DNA from: Proteobacteria bacterium UBA4457
GTDB lineage: Bacteria; Pseudomonadota; Gammaproteobacteria; Ga0077536
NCBI GenBank assembly: GCA_002390205.1
Contig: DGOV01000019.1
Location: 11,802-75,801, forward strand
Length of the DNA stretch: 64,000 nt
Direction: 5' to 3'
The position numbers and the translations under genes are program-made. This document shows positions 19,585 to 28,996 of this stretch, piece by piece (the first letter of the stretch is position 1; each line of letters starts with the position of its first letter). A model generated the notes under the pieces. The model was not told the origin of the DNA, did no database searches, and was given only the letters and a program-made list of their open reading frames with translations.

Positions 19585-21690
19585 TCAGGTATTGGGGTTG
19601 ATCACAAAGTTTCTAAAAGTGTCCATGCTGATTTCCTGTTTAGGGTGCACAACGATCGACGTGGTTTCTGTTTCGACAACGCAAGGCCCTTCAGCGCTGT
19701 TTCCAGGTTTAAAAAGATAGCCATTAAATATAGGAGTTGTTTCGACAGATTGTTTTTCAGCCCAATAGATATCCCTGGTCCCAGTTTTGGCGTCCGCGGG
19801 GAGAGGCTCTAATGTTAAAGAAAACTCTTTAAGTTTAGGTTTTAATGATAGAGCAGATGAGCGGCACCTCGCCGTTACGATTTCTAGTCGAGCATCATGC
19901 ATTGCAGAGCCACGGCCGTATAGTTGCTCGTACCGAGCTACGAACTTCTCTCTTAACGCCTCAAGTGCTTTCTCATCGAGTATTCCACTATCTATAAACA
20001 CTTCGACTTCATTAATTTGGCCACGATGTCTCATGTCCAATGAATATTGAAACTGATGCTTCGCCTGTTCTATACCATCGCTCTGCAACTGTTGGCTTCC
20101 TTTCAAAGACAACCCGTTCAGAATCTTGTTGATTTCGGTTAAGTTGAATGGAGATGAAATAATTTTCGCTTGTTCTCCAACATGGAGAATATCTGCGGAG
20201 GCTGCTCCAAATGCGCACCAGACCGCCGCAGTATCGCCTTGTGGGACTATGACCTTGTCAACTCCTAGCTCCCGTGCAGCGACGCCCATATGTACAGGAC
20301 CTGCGCCACCAAAAGCGAACACTACAAATTCTCGTGGGTCTAGGCCTTTTTGTACGGTCACTTTACGAATTAGATCTGCCATCTGGAATTCAGCGATAGT
20401 AGCAACGCCGCTGGCAAGCTCAAAAAGTGTCATTTCGAGTTCATCTGCTATCTTTTGTAGAGCCTCAGTTGCCGCTTTATGGTCCAGTTTAATCGTTCCT
20501 GCTGCAAAGTTATTGGGGTCGAGATAGCCTAGAACAAGATCAGCGTCAGTCGTTGTCGGAGTCGTTCCTCCTTTCCCATAGCATACTGGTCCTGGATCCG
20601 CTCCAGCACTATTGGGACCTACCCGAAGAGAATTTGTTGTCTGATCTATCCAAACTTTACTGCCACCTCCAGTACCTAATGTTTGGACATCAACTTTGGG
20701 TAGAAAATATTCATACTGATTAACTGTGCTTTTATAAGAGACTACAGGACTGCCATTGTGTATCACACCGACATCAAAGGAGGTGCCGCCGAGATCAGTG
20801 GTAATTACGTTGGGATAGCCCATCAAGCCACCTAGGAAAACAGAGCCTGTGACTCCTGATACAGGTCCTGAATCGAGGGTTAGTAAAGGAGCCTCCTGTG
20901 CTTTTGGCACAGTAATTGTCCCTCCAGCACAATGTGTTATCTGCAGTGGAGGTTTATAACCCATTTCTTTTAGCTGTTTATCTAAGCGAGTAATGTACCC
21001 GACAGTAATAGGTCCAATGTATGCATTAAGAGCGACAGCGGTAGTGCGTTCGTACTCACCCCATTTCGGAGCTAAATCGGTAGAGCACGTAACGTACATT
21101 TCTGGAGCTATTTCATGAGCGATGGCCTTGATCCTTTGCTCATGTTTCGGTTCGAGAAAAGACCAGAGACAGCAGACGGCTAATGCGTCGCATCCCGCAT
21201 CTTGAAGTTCTCTGATTGCGGTTTCTACTTCTAGTTCATTTAACTCAACGACAATTTTTCCAAAGCAGTCGACTCGTTCAGACACTCCGCGAATCAATCT
21301 TTTAGGAATCAGAGGTTTAGGCTTACTGCTTTCAGGGATATGGACAATTAACTTGATATCTTGGCCTGCAAGCCCTCGAGAGCCTCGCATAATATGAATA
21401 ACATCGTTATGGCCTTTTGTTGTAATGAGCCCAACTTTAGCTCCCCGTCTTTGAATTATGGTGTTAGTTCCTACTGTAGTTCCGTGAGCTAACACGTTAA
21501 TTGAGTCAAGAAGATCCGGGGTTGAGAGGCCAATTTTTACGGCAGCTCTTTCTATCGCATTCAATACACCAACTGCAAAATCAGATGGTGTAGAAGGTGA
21601 TTTTGCGATTGTGAGATCGCCATGTTCGTTTATGAGCACGCAATCTGTAAAAGTTCCGCCTATATCTAGACCGCAAATATAAGAGCTCAA
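19585..21690 (-). CDS. Hydantoinase A/oxoprolinase-family subunit (acetone-carboxylase beta-like, ATP-binding)
   Basis: N-terminus MSSYICGLDIGGTFTDCVLI (actin-like ATPase fold); 701 aa. The downstream partner follows 11 nt later. Confidence 0.85.
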   Translation of the reverse strand: MSSYICGLDIGGTFTDCVLINEHGDLTIAKSPSTPSDFAVGVLNAIERAAVKIGLSTPDLLDSINVLAHGTTVGTNTIIQRRGAKVGLITTKGHNDVIHIMRGSRGLAGQDIKLIVHIPESSKPKPLIPKRLIRGVSERVDCFGKIVVELNELEVETAIRELQDAGCDALAVCCLWSFLEPKHEQRIKAIAHEIAPEMYVTCSTDLAPKWGEYERTTAVALNAYIGPITVGYITRLDKQLKEMGYKPPLQITHCAGGTITVPKAQEAPLLTLDSGPVSGVTGSVFLGGLMGYPNVITTDLGGTSFDVGVIHNGSPVVSYKSTVNQYEYFLPKVDVQTLGTGGGSKVWIDQTTNSLRVGPNSAGADPGPVCYGKGGTTPTTTDADLVLGYLDPNNFAAGTIKLDHKAATEALQKIADELEMTLFELASGVATIAEFQMADLIRKVTVQKGLDPREFVVFAFGGAGPVHMGVAARELGVDKVIVPQGDTAAVWCAFGAASADILHVGEQAKIISSPFNLTEINKILNGLSLKGSQQLQSDGIEQAKHQFQYSLDMRHRGQINEVEVFIDSGILDEKALEALREKFVARYEQLYGRGSAMHDARLEIVTARCRSSALSLKPKLKEFSLTLEPLPADAKTGTRDIYWAEKQSVETTPIFNGYLFKPGNSAEGPCVVETETTSIVVHPKQEISMDTFRNFVINPNT

Positions 21691-21735
21691 CGCTATTCCC
21701 CTGTTAAAAAGATACCTACTATGAATATTATGTAT

Positions 21736-21773
21736 TTACGCTATATTTGAACGTACGTTCAAATATAGCGTAA
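21736..21773. promoter_or_regulatory. Perfect 38-bp palindrome TTACGCTATATTTGAACGTACGTTCAAATATAGCGTAA in the divergent hyuA/tetR intergenic region; likely the TetR operator
   Basis: Read directly: both 19-nt arms are exact reverse complements. It lies 46 nt upstream of the hyuA start and 24 nt upstream of the tetR GTG. Confidence 0.7.
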
Positions 21774-21797
21774 ATTAGAAATAAAGAGCAACCACCT

Positions 21798-22436
21798 GTG
21801 AACAAAAAAACTGACAAAGCTTCAACACCTCAGCGCATCTTAGACTCAGCTGAGGCCCTGTTTGCCGAAAGCGGCTATGACGGAGTGTCTTTGAGGATGA
21901 TTACTAAGCTTGCTGGAGTAGAGTTGGCTCTGCCAAATTACCATTTTGGTTCTAAGTTAGGACTTTTTCGTGCTGTTATTCAGCGACGCTCTGTAATCCT
22001 CAACAACGAGAGGATGGAAGCTTTGAACGCGCTTTCCGATAAGGCAGAAATCGAAGATTTGATAGAGGCTTTCATTGGTCCGTTTCTTCGGCGAAGTTTA
22101 TTTGGAGGTGAGGGCTGGAGAGACTATGCTCGTGTAGTAGCGCAGATTGCGAACTCACCTCGATGGACGAGCGAGATTATGTCAGCAGAGTTCGATCCGG
22201 TAGCGATTGAGTTTATCCGTCGCATACGAGTGAGGTTCCCTGTTGCTAAGACGGAGGATGTCTATTGGAGTTTTCATTTTCTTCTTGGTGCTATGACCAT
22301 GACATTTGCACAGACTGGTCGCATAGATTTGCTCTCTGGAGACATATGCCATGGCTCTGATTTATCTGAGATACATTTGCGTATGGTTCCATTTTTATCG
22401 GCTGGATTTTGCCGTTTATGTAAAGGTTCTACTTAA
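21798..22436 (+). CDS. TetR/AcrR family transcriptional regulator
   Basis: N-terminal HTH (RILDSAEALFAESGYDGVSLRMITKLAGVELALPNYHFGSK). GTG start. Divergent from the hyuA-hyuB operon. Confidence 0.85.
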   Translation: MNKKTDKASTPQRILDSAEALFAESGYDGVSLRMITKLAGVELALPNYHFGSKLGLFRAVIQRRSVILNNERMEALNALSDKAEIEDLIEAFIGPFLRRSLFGGEGWRDYARVVAQIANSPRWTSEIMSAEFDPVAIEFIRRIRVRFPVAKTEDVYWSFHFLLGAMTMTFAQTGRIDLLSGDICHGSDLSEIHLRMVPFLSAGFCRLCKGST

Positions 22437-22444
22437 GGAGTGAG

Positions 22445-23239
22445 TTGTACGTTATGGGTAATTTGGTTTCGATAACTGATATCACAGTATCTGGAGTAGC
22501 AACGATAATGTTCAATCGTTCCAGTTTTAATAATGCTTATAACGAAGATTTTCTTGATCAGTTTAGTGATTGTATAAAAAGGTTAGATCTTGATAATCAC
22601 GTGAGGATAATTTTGATTAGAGGAGCCGGTCGCCATTTTCAGGCCGGAGCAGACATTCAATGGCTGAAAGAGGTGAGCCTATGTAGTGCTGCTGAAAATC
22701 AGAGAGTCTCAAAAAAGACCGCTGAGACTTTTTGGCAGCTGCGTAATTTGAAGACAGTCACTATTGCTTTAGTGCAGGGTGCATGTATGGGAGGCGGCTG
22801 CGGTATTGTAGCATCTTGCGATATTGTATTAGCTGAGACGACATCAGTTTTTGCCATTAGTGAGGCGCGTTTTGGTATGGTGGCAAATATTATTTTCCCG
22901 CAACTAATTGATGCTATTGGAATACGTCATGCTAAACGTTACGCGCTTACTGGAGAAGATTTCTCGGGAGAAGTTGCCTCAGAAATTGGTTTAGTTAGCG
23001 AGCTGGTCGAGCCTGGAAATTTAGATCAGCATGTGGATAACATAATCTGTAAAATTTTATCCACGGGCCCGAAAACAAGCGCTGTCAGCAAGGACGGGTT
23101 TTTGGCACTGTCCGACAAAAATACGAAATTACTGGATAAACTGATTGCAGGACATTCAGAGAAACGTCTTAGCGGAGAAGCTTTGGAGGGGATTGACAGC
23201 TTTTTACTTAAAGAGCTACCTTTTTGGAGAAATGATTAG
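22445..23239 (+). CDS. Enoyl-CoA hydratase/isomerase (crotonase) family protein
   Basis: Crotonase fold pattern (IRGAGRHFQAGADI..., GGGCGIVASCD). 8 nt after tetR, so probably co-transcribed. Confidence 0.75.
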   Translation: MYVMGNLVSITDITVSGVATIMFNRSSFNNAYNEDFLDQFSDCIKRLDLDNHVRIILIRGAGRHFQAGADIQWLKEVSLCSAAENQRVSKKTAETFWQLRNLKTVTIALVQGACMGGGCGIVASCDIVLAETTSVFAISEARFGMVANIIFPQLIDAIGIRHAKRYALTGEDFSGEVASEIGLVSELVEPGNLDQHVDNIICKILSTGPKTSAVSKDGFLALSDKNTKLLDKLIAGHSEKRLSGEALEGIDSFLLKELPFWRND

Positions 23240-23251
23240 AAAAGTAGTTGG

Positions 23252-24001
23252 CTATTGATGAGTAATTGTCACCTTAAGACTTGGCTTTATCGACCATCTG
23301 ATTTTATCTATACGTAGTCCGTTTTTGTCTAGCAGTTGGTTTAAGGTTCCCTTATTGAAATAGTATAAATGTTCTGAGGGTTTGAGCTCATTCCAATGTG
23401 AAAGGACTTTAGGCACTCTCCAGTGCCCTATGTCTGGAGTACCTAGATCTAGAACTCCCTGAGGATGCAAGATCCTTTTCAGTTCTTTTAGAAAGTTATT
23501 TAAGTCAGGGACATGCTCTAGAACATCATAGGCAGAGATAGCATGAAAGTGTCGGCTAGGATAGTGCTGTTCACTAAGCGTTCCTTCCGCGAGATTTTGT
23601 AGGTGCAATGTTTTTTGGCCGTATTCTATTCCGGCTTTTTCAATATCTACACCAAAGGCTTGAAATCCATTGCATGCGGCCGCTTCGACAACAAATCCAG
23701 CAGAGCATCCTACGTCTAACCATCGCCCAGAAATCTCGTATTCTTTTTTAAGTCGCTTCACACGATGAGATGCCCGGCGTTTCTTTTTAGCAGCTTTTTT
23801 TGTATAACCCGCACTATAGTTAGCATCATAGCCTGCTGTGATCTCGCTGAGATAAGGCCGAGGATTTATTAATGTAAGCTCACAATTATGGCACTGAACA
23901 AAGGGTTCACCGGCTTTCTCAAATAAATATTTGAAACTGTTACCTGCGCAGATCGGACACGAAATTTTTTCAAGTTTTTTTTCTATTTTTGGATTATCCA
24001 C
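23252..24001 (-). CDS. Class I SAM-dependent methyltransferase with an N-terminal Cys4 zinc ribbon
   Basis: CPICAGNSF...CHNCEL zinc ribbon; SAM motif I LDVGCSAGFVV; DVLEHV motif. Confidence 0.75.
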   Translation of the reverse strand: MDNPKIEKKLEKISCPICAGNSFKYLFEKAGEPFVQCHNCELTLINPRPYLSEITAGYDANYSAGYTKKAAKKKRRASHRVKRLKKEYEISGRWLDVGCSAGFVVEAAACNGFQAFGVDIEKAGIEYGQKTLHLQNLAEGTLSEQHYPSRHFHAISAYDVLEHVPDLNNFLKELKRILHPQGVLDLGTPDIGHWRVPKVLSHWNELKPSEHLYYFNKGTLNQLLDKNGLRIDKIRWSIKPSLKVTITHQ

Positions 24002-24104
24002 AGTGATTATTGTATAACTGTTACTTTAAATTATCTCAAGTTTACAAATAATCAGGTATGCATAGCTTTTATCTTTCTGTGCCGCCGTCCTTAAGGGAGA
24101 GAGT

Positions 24105-24914
24105 ATGCGGAGCGATTTCCAAGCGAATGGGATTATTACTCTAACTACAGACTTCGGTCACCGAGGTCCTTTTGTTGGGACCATGAAAGGGGTGATTTAT
24201 AGTAGATTTTTAGATGCGCGGATAGTTGATCTGACTAATGAAGCGCATGTTCATTGGCCTGCAGAGGCTGGGTTCTGGATTGCTCGCTGTTATCATTACT
24301 TTCCTCCGGGGACTGTTCATCTTGGCGTCGTCGATCCGGGTGTTGGTACAGACCGCAGTTTTATTGTTGCATTTGGAGATGGGCACGCCTTTCTCGGCCC
24401 CGATAACGGTTTGTTGGCTGAGGTTGTAGAAAAAACCGGAGCTAATGTCCATTTAATGACCGAAGGTTTGCTCAAAAAGTATCAATTACCTACTGTGAGC
24501 GATACGTTTCATGGTCGAGATATTTTTGCACCCGTTGCTGCAGCTTTAGCATCAAGGGTTCTTACCGAGGTGAATTGTGGACTACTGATAGATAATATCG
24601 TGCCTTCCCTTCTTGAACATCCTCAAATCAGGGGAGGTGTTTTGTCTGGAGTTGTTGTGACTACCGATCACTTCGGGAACTTAATCACAAACATTGAAAA
24701 GAGTGAAATTCAGAATTTTTCCGATCCAGTAGTAAGCATCGGTGGCCATGAAATAAATTTTCAAAGAACTTACAGTAACGTTACTCCAGGAGCCTTCTTG
24801 GCATTATTGAATTCGTCTAATGTTGTAGAAGTGGCGTGTGCTGAGCAAAATGCTTCACAGCTTCTTAGTATGCAGCAAGGAGCTCCTGTTCAAGTTTACG
24901 AGCGTCGGGTCTGA
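24105..24914 (+). CDS. SAM hydroxide adenosyltransferase / SAM hydrolase (DUF62, fluorinase-chlorinase superfamily)
   Basis: N-terminal ITLTTDFGHRGPFVGTMKGVIY matches the DUF62 LxTDFGxxDxYVGxMKGV motif; 269 aa with a two-domain layout. Confidence 0.8.
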   Translation: MRSDFQANGIITLTTDFGHRGPFVGTMKGVIYSRFLDARIVDLTNEAHVHWPAEAGFWIARCYHYFPPGTVHLGVVDPGVGTDRSFIVAFGDGHAFLGPDNGLLAEVVEKTGANVHLMTEGLLKKYQLPTVSDTFHGRDIFAPVAAALASRVLTEVNCGLLIDNIVPSLLEHPQIRGGVLSGVVVTTDHFGNLITNIEKSEIQNFSDPVVSIGGHEINFQRTYSNVTPGAFLALLNSSNVVEVACAEQNASQLLSMQQGAPVQVYERRV

Positions 24915-24918
24915 CTTT

Positions 24919-25626
24919 TCATTGGGTGATATCCCGAAGATCAACAAATGTTCCCGTGGGATATTTTCTCAGACCATCTACATGCCTAATAATCTCTCTT
25001 GCGGCGTCCTCTGCGCTTGGCATCAAAGTAGTACCTTGAGCTTCATGTAATGGCTTCACTGAAGGGAATGAATTAGCGTCAACTGCCCTCAATTTCTCCT
25101 GCATTGGTGTATCTACGTAACCTGGAGCCAGTGATATAATATGTGTGTTGATCATTTCCTGAGAGTAAAGTTTCCCCAGCATGTTTAATGAGGATTTGGA
25201 AAGAGCATATGGACCCCATCCGTAATTTGCAGATATTGCCGCACCTGAGGATAGTAAAATAATTTGCTTAGGTGCTATTTTTTTTTCTATAAGCCAATCC
25301 AGAATAACCTTATTTCCCCAAACGTTAGTGTTCATAACGGTTTGAATGTCTTGTTGTGTGATTTTGCTCATCGGTCCTATTGGGCCTAGTGCCGCTGCAT
25401 TAAGAAAAACGGTCTGAGGTTTTCCTGCCAGGATGTCTTGAGCATCGTTTAGAGTCGCTTTCAGAGTAGCCATGTCGGACAAGTCAGCCTCTATTTGAAC
25501 GAAGTCAAGATTACTCCTGTCCAGAGTCCTTCTTGCTATACCCCATACTTGCTTCCCTTTTTTTAGATAGTTCTCTGCAAGGGCTCGTCCGAGCCCACTA
25601 GAGTGACCGGTGATTAAAACACTCAT
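24919..25626 (-). CDS. SDR family oxidoreductase
   Basis: ITGHSSGLGRALA glycine-rich motif and YALSKSS (YxxxK). Confidence 0.8.
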   Translation of the reverse strand: MSVLITGHSSGLGRALAENYLKKGKQVWGIARRTLDRSNLDFVQIEADLSDMATLKATLNDAQDILAGKPQTVFLNAAALGPIGPMSKITQQDIQTVMNTNVWGNKVILDWLIEKKIAPKQIILLSSGAAISANYGWGPYALSKSSLNMLGKLYSQEMINTHIISLAPGYVDTPMQEKLRAVDANSFPSVKPLHEAQGTTLMPSAEDAAREIIRHVDGLRKYPTGTFVDLRDITQ

Positions 25627-25668
25627 TTTAAAGTTTCCTGATGATTCAAAGCTGATTACCCATTACAC

Positions 25669-26859
25669 TTGTATTCTATGGGTATTTACAATGTAAACGA
25701 ACACACTTTACGTTTAAAGACGGGTGTTAAATGGAGTCATTATCAAACCGACGTTTTGCCTGCATGGGTGGCAGATATGGATTTCGAAGTCGCCCAACCA
25801 ATAAAGGCGGCTCTAGCTAATAGAGTTGAGACTTCAGATTACGGTTATCCAGTTGGGCAGCAACAGACTAGTTTGCCTGAGTTGTTCTGCGAACGCGTAA
25901 AGAAAAAGTTCGATTGGGGTGTTAAGAGTGATAGTGTCTTGTTGATCAACGACGTTGTACAAGGACTGTATTTAGGGTTACAGACGTTCTCTCAAAAAGG
26001 GGAAGGGGTGATTGTTCAACCACCCATATATCCACCTTTCCTCCATGCCGTGCAAGAAACTGATCGTCGACTGATTTCAGTCCCTCTTGTTGTAGGGGCC
26101 AATGGATACGGGATAGATTTTGACCGGCTACAATCTTCTATAACGAAAAGCACTCGAGTTTTTATGTTGTGTAATCCGCATAACCCTACAGGGAGATCGT
26201 TCAGTCGACAAGAATTGGAAGAATTAGCTGATTTCTGTTGTAGGAACGATCTACTTATATTATCTGATGAGATACATGCTGACCTGATTTTGAACGACAC
26301 CGATCATATACCTATCGCCAGTCTTGACAGTGAGATTGCTGTCCGCACAGTGACATTAATGTCGGCCAGCAAGGCATTTAATATTGCGGGTTTATGCTTG
26401 GCATTTGCCCACTTTGGGTCGGCTAATCTTCGCAAGAAGTTTGACTCAGTTCCTGGACATACTAGAGGCGGCACAAATAGTCTTAGTGTCGCCGCCGTCC
26501 ATGCTGCGTGGACTCAGGGAGAGGAATGGTTAGCGAATACCTTAGGTATATTGCGAGAAAATAGAGATCTAGTTTCACAATTTGTAGCGTCCAGATGGCC
26601 CGAGGTTATTTATTATCCGCCCGAGGCGACTTACTTGGCTTGGCTGGACATGCGCGCGTTAAAACTAGGCTCAAATCCCTACACGCATATTTTGGAGGAG
26701 GGCAGAGTTGCCCTAGGGAACGGGCTCGACTTCGGTGCTGAAGGTAGCCAGCATGTGAGGTTAAATTTTGCTACGAGCCATGACATTCTCGTAAGTATTC
26801 TTGAGAGGATAGATAAGGTCATTGTTTCTAGTCGAGAGCAGCCGCAAGATGGAGGCTAG
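25669..26859 (+). CDS. patB: PLP-dependent aminotransferase class I/II, MalY/PatB-type C-S lyase (cystathionine beta-lyase-like)
   Basis: PLP-lysine context LMSASKAFNIAGL; 396 aa; overall MalY/PatB pattern. Confidence 0.75.
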   Translation: MYSMGIYNVNEHTLRLKTGVKWSHYQTDVLPAWVADMDFEVAQPIKAALANRVETSDYGYPVGQQQTSLPELFCERVKKKFDWGVKSDSVLLINDVVQGLYLGLQTFSQKGEGVIVQPPIYPPFLHAVQETDRRLISVPLVVGANGYGIDFDRLQSSITKSTRVFMLCNPHNPTGRSFSRQELEELADFCCRNDLLILSDEIHADLILNDTDHIPIASLDSEIAVRTVTLMSASKAFNIAGLCLAFAHFGSANLRKKFDSVPGHTRGGTNSLSVAAVHAAWTQGEEWLANTLGILRENRDLVSQFVASRWPEVIYYPPEATYLAWLDMRALKLGSNPYTHILEEGRVALGNGLDFGAEGSQHVRLNFATSHDILVSILERIDKVIVSSREQPQDGG

Positions 26860-28289
26860 CGCAAGCTAGAAGCCCAATTTAAGACCTCATCCTCAAACTT
26901 TTTTCCTATGCCGTCATTCACGATAAAAGAATTCACAATGCAGACGACAGTAAAAACCTTATTTCCTTGATGGATATAACCAGCTATGGCTGAGACGTCA
27001 TCTAAGCTGCCTGTTTTTACCCGCATTGTAGTTTTTGAAGTGCCAGATAAAGAACGCTTTGCAGCAGTGCCATCATATCCGAGAATAGATAAAGAAGAGA
27101 CAAATTCGCTCGCATTCTTATCATTCCAGGCGGCACGTAGGATTTGGGTGATTGCATTACCCGATGCTCTAACATTTCGAGAAAGTCCGGAGCCGTTAAT
27201 AATAGTTAATGCTGTTTTTGGAATGTTGTAGTTTTCGAGCTCTTCAGTAATAACTTTGATACCTCTTGCTCGAGTGGCATGCGCACCGTCGGGAGACACT
27301 CCCAAAGTATAAATTAGTGATCTTGCCATTTGATTATTACTCCATTTATTCATAGCAGTAATAATGTCAGCTAGCGCCGGAGAATCATGGCTATAGAGGA
27401 GAGTATGTTCTTTAGTAAGGACAGTTCTGCCGACATTTCCGTCAATTTGTGCTCCCCACTGGTTCCAGATCATTTTAAAGCTGTTGAAAAAATAACGGTC
27501 TCGAGACATCAGGTTTCTAGAAACGCTATAGTCTTTGCATGATAAGGGCATTTCGCCGCGTGCTTTTATATGTGTCTCGTTTTCAATAGTAATAGAATCG
27601 ATTTTAATATTTGGCATTTTTCCGATGCATGACCCATTAATTAATTGAACAGAGTTATTTAGCTTGATGTTTTCGATAGGTGGCCAGTAACTTGCAGTTA
27701 TCTTCGTATTATTATTTTTTGCTGAGAACGTTAGATCTAGTGCGTTAAAGTTTAGTGTGAGCGCATTTGGTAAGTTGTTATATATATGCGTCCCATCCCC
27801 ATCAAAAGCGTAAGGATCAATTTCATCAGTAATGAAGTATGTATCGTCTAATAGCAGCTGTCCCGTTATCTTTTTTAGACCATTCCGGTTTAATTTCCCT
27901 AGTATCGACCAGAGATCTTGGTTGGTCAGATATGGATCTCCATATCCTTTTATTACTAAGTCGCCATGTAAAACACCATCTTTAATTTCTCCTGCGGTAT
28001 AGAATTCCGTTTTCCATTTGTATGATGGGCCTAGACGTTTCAACGCGACCCAGGAAGTGATCAGCTTTGCCAGAGACGCTGGGTTACGCAGTGCATCGGG
28101 GTTGAGTGACAATCGCGCTTCATTTTCATCAATCGCTTGCACAATCAGGCTGACATCGTTTTGATCTATTTGGTAATGTGTTAGCGCCTGTTCAATTTTG
28201 ATGGGAAAGCTACCAGATGCTATCGACCTTGCTGCCACGAATAGAAGTATTACAATTGTAGACAGCTTTAGCAGGAGAGAATGAGTCAT
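26856..28289 (-). CDS. dacB: D-alanyl-D-alanine carboxypeptidase/endopeptidase PBP4 (peptidase S13)
   Basis: Signal peptide; SxxK active site (PASLAKL); 477 aa, the same length as E. coli DacB; SxN and KTG-like motifs present. Confidence 0.85.
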   Translation of the reverse strand: MTHSLLLKLSTIVILLFVAARSIASGSFPIKIEQALTHYQIDQNDVSLIVQAIDENEARLSLNPDALRNPASLAKLITSWVALKRLGPSYKWKTEFYTAGEIKDGVLHGDLVIKGYGDPYLTNQDLWSILGKLNRNGLKKITGQLLLDDTYFITDEIDPYAFDGDGTHIYNNLPNALTLNFNALDLTFSAKNNNTKITASYWPPIENIKLNNSVQLINGSCIGKMPNIKIDSITIENETHIKARGEMPLSCKDYSVSRNLMSRDRYFFNSFKMIWNQWGAQIDGNVGRTVLTKEHTLLYSHDSPALADIITAMNKWSNNQMARSLIYTLGVSPDGAHATRARGIKVITEELENYNIPKTALTIINGSGLSRNVRASGNAITQILRAAWNDKNASEFVSSLSILGYDGTAAKRSLSGTSKTTMRVKTGSLDDVSAIAGYIHQGNKVFTVVCIVNSFIVNDGIGKKFEDEVLNWASSLR

Positions 28290-28322
28290 TATTAGTCTGG
28301 TATCTCCTCTTTCTCTGTCATT

Positions 28323-28916
28323 TTACTGTGCTGAAGGTTCTCTATTTCTGGAGTGGTACTCGCAGTTTGGTTGCATATCCACAGCCGCTGCCACACGGTT
28401 TGTCATATTGTAAAAAGCCGCGACATTAGCTATATCCCAGATCTCTTTCTCATCAAACCCAGCGTCTCTGAGTTGCTGCCTATCTTCCTCAACTATTGTA
28501 CTGCTATCTTGTGTCAGTTTGGCCGCAAAGTCGAGCATGGCGATGTGGCGATCAGAAAGCTCGGCCGCACGATAGTTCATCACCATTTGCTCACCAAGTA
28601 TTGGATCTCCCGAGTACTGCCGAACTGCTTGCCCATGAGCGGTGAGGCAGTAGTAGCAATGATTCATCGAGGACACAACGACTGCAATCATTTCCCGTTC
28701 TAGCGTCTCTAAGCCAGTCTTTGCGAACATGATTTCGTTATAAAAGCGCGAGAATGTTCTTAGTTGTTCTGGTTCATGAGAATAGGCAGCTAGGACATTA
28801 GGGATTAGACCAAGTTTCGCTTCGCAAACAGCGAATAGCTTCTGTAAATCCTCGGGGAGTCTGTCTCGATCAGGAAGCTCTATATCTAACGCTATAATTT
28901 TCGGATCGGTGCTCAT
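28323..28916 (-). CDS. Carboxymuconolactone decarboxylase/AhpD-like peroxidase-related protein
   Basis: AhpD-fold CxxC..H motif (NHCYYCLTAHG). Confidence 0.65.
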   Translation of the reverse strand: MSTDPKIIALDIELPDRDRLPEDLQKLFAVCEAKLGLIPNVLAAYSHEPEQLRTFSRFYNEIMFAKTGLETLEREMIAVVVSSMNHCYYCLTAHGQAVRQYSGDPILGEQMVMNYRAAELSDRHIAMLDFAAKLTQDSSTIVEEDRQQLRDAGFDEKEIWDIANVAAFYNMTNRVAAAVDMQPNCEYHSRNREPSAQ

Positions 28917-28996
28917 TTTTTCTCCTTTTATTACTTGCTAACTGATTCTATTAAAAATAATTTTAGTTTTTCTGATAGTGTTGAGAATGGACTCAA

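Noticed and set aside
23700-23770. Lys/Arg-rich stretch (KKAAKKKRRASHRVKRLKK) in the Zn-ribbon methyltransferase as a nucleic-acid-binding insertion
   Set aside because: It falls in the variable linker between the zinc ribbon and SAM motif I, where this family commonly has basic residues. There is not enough evidence for a separate function.
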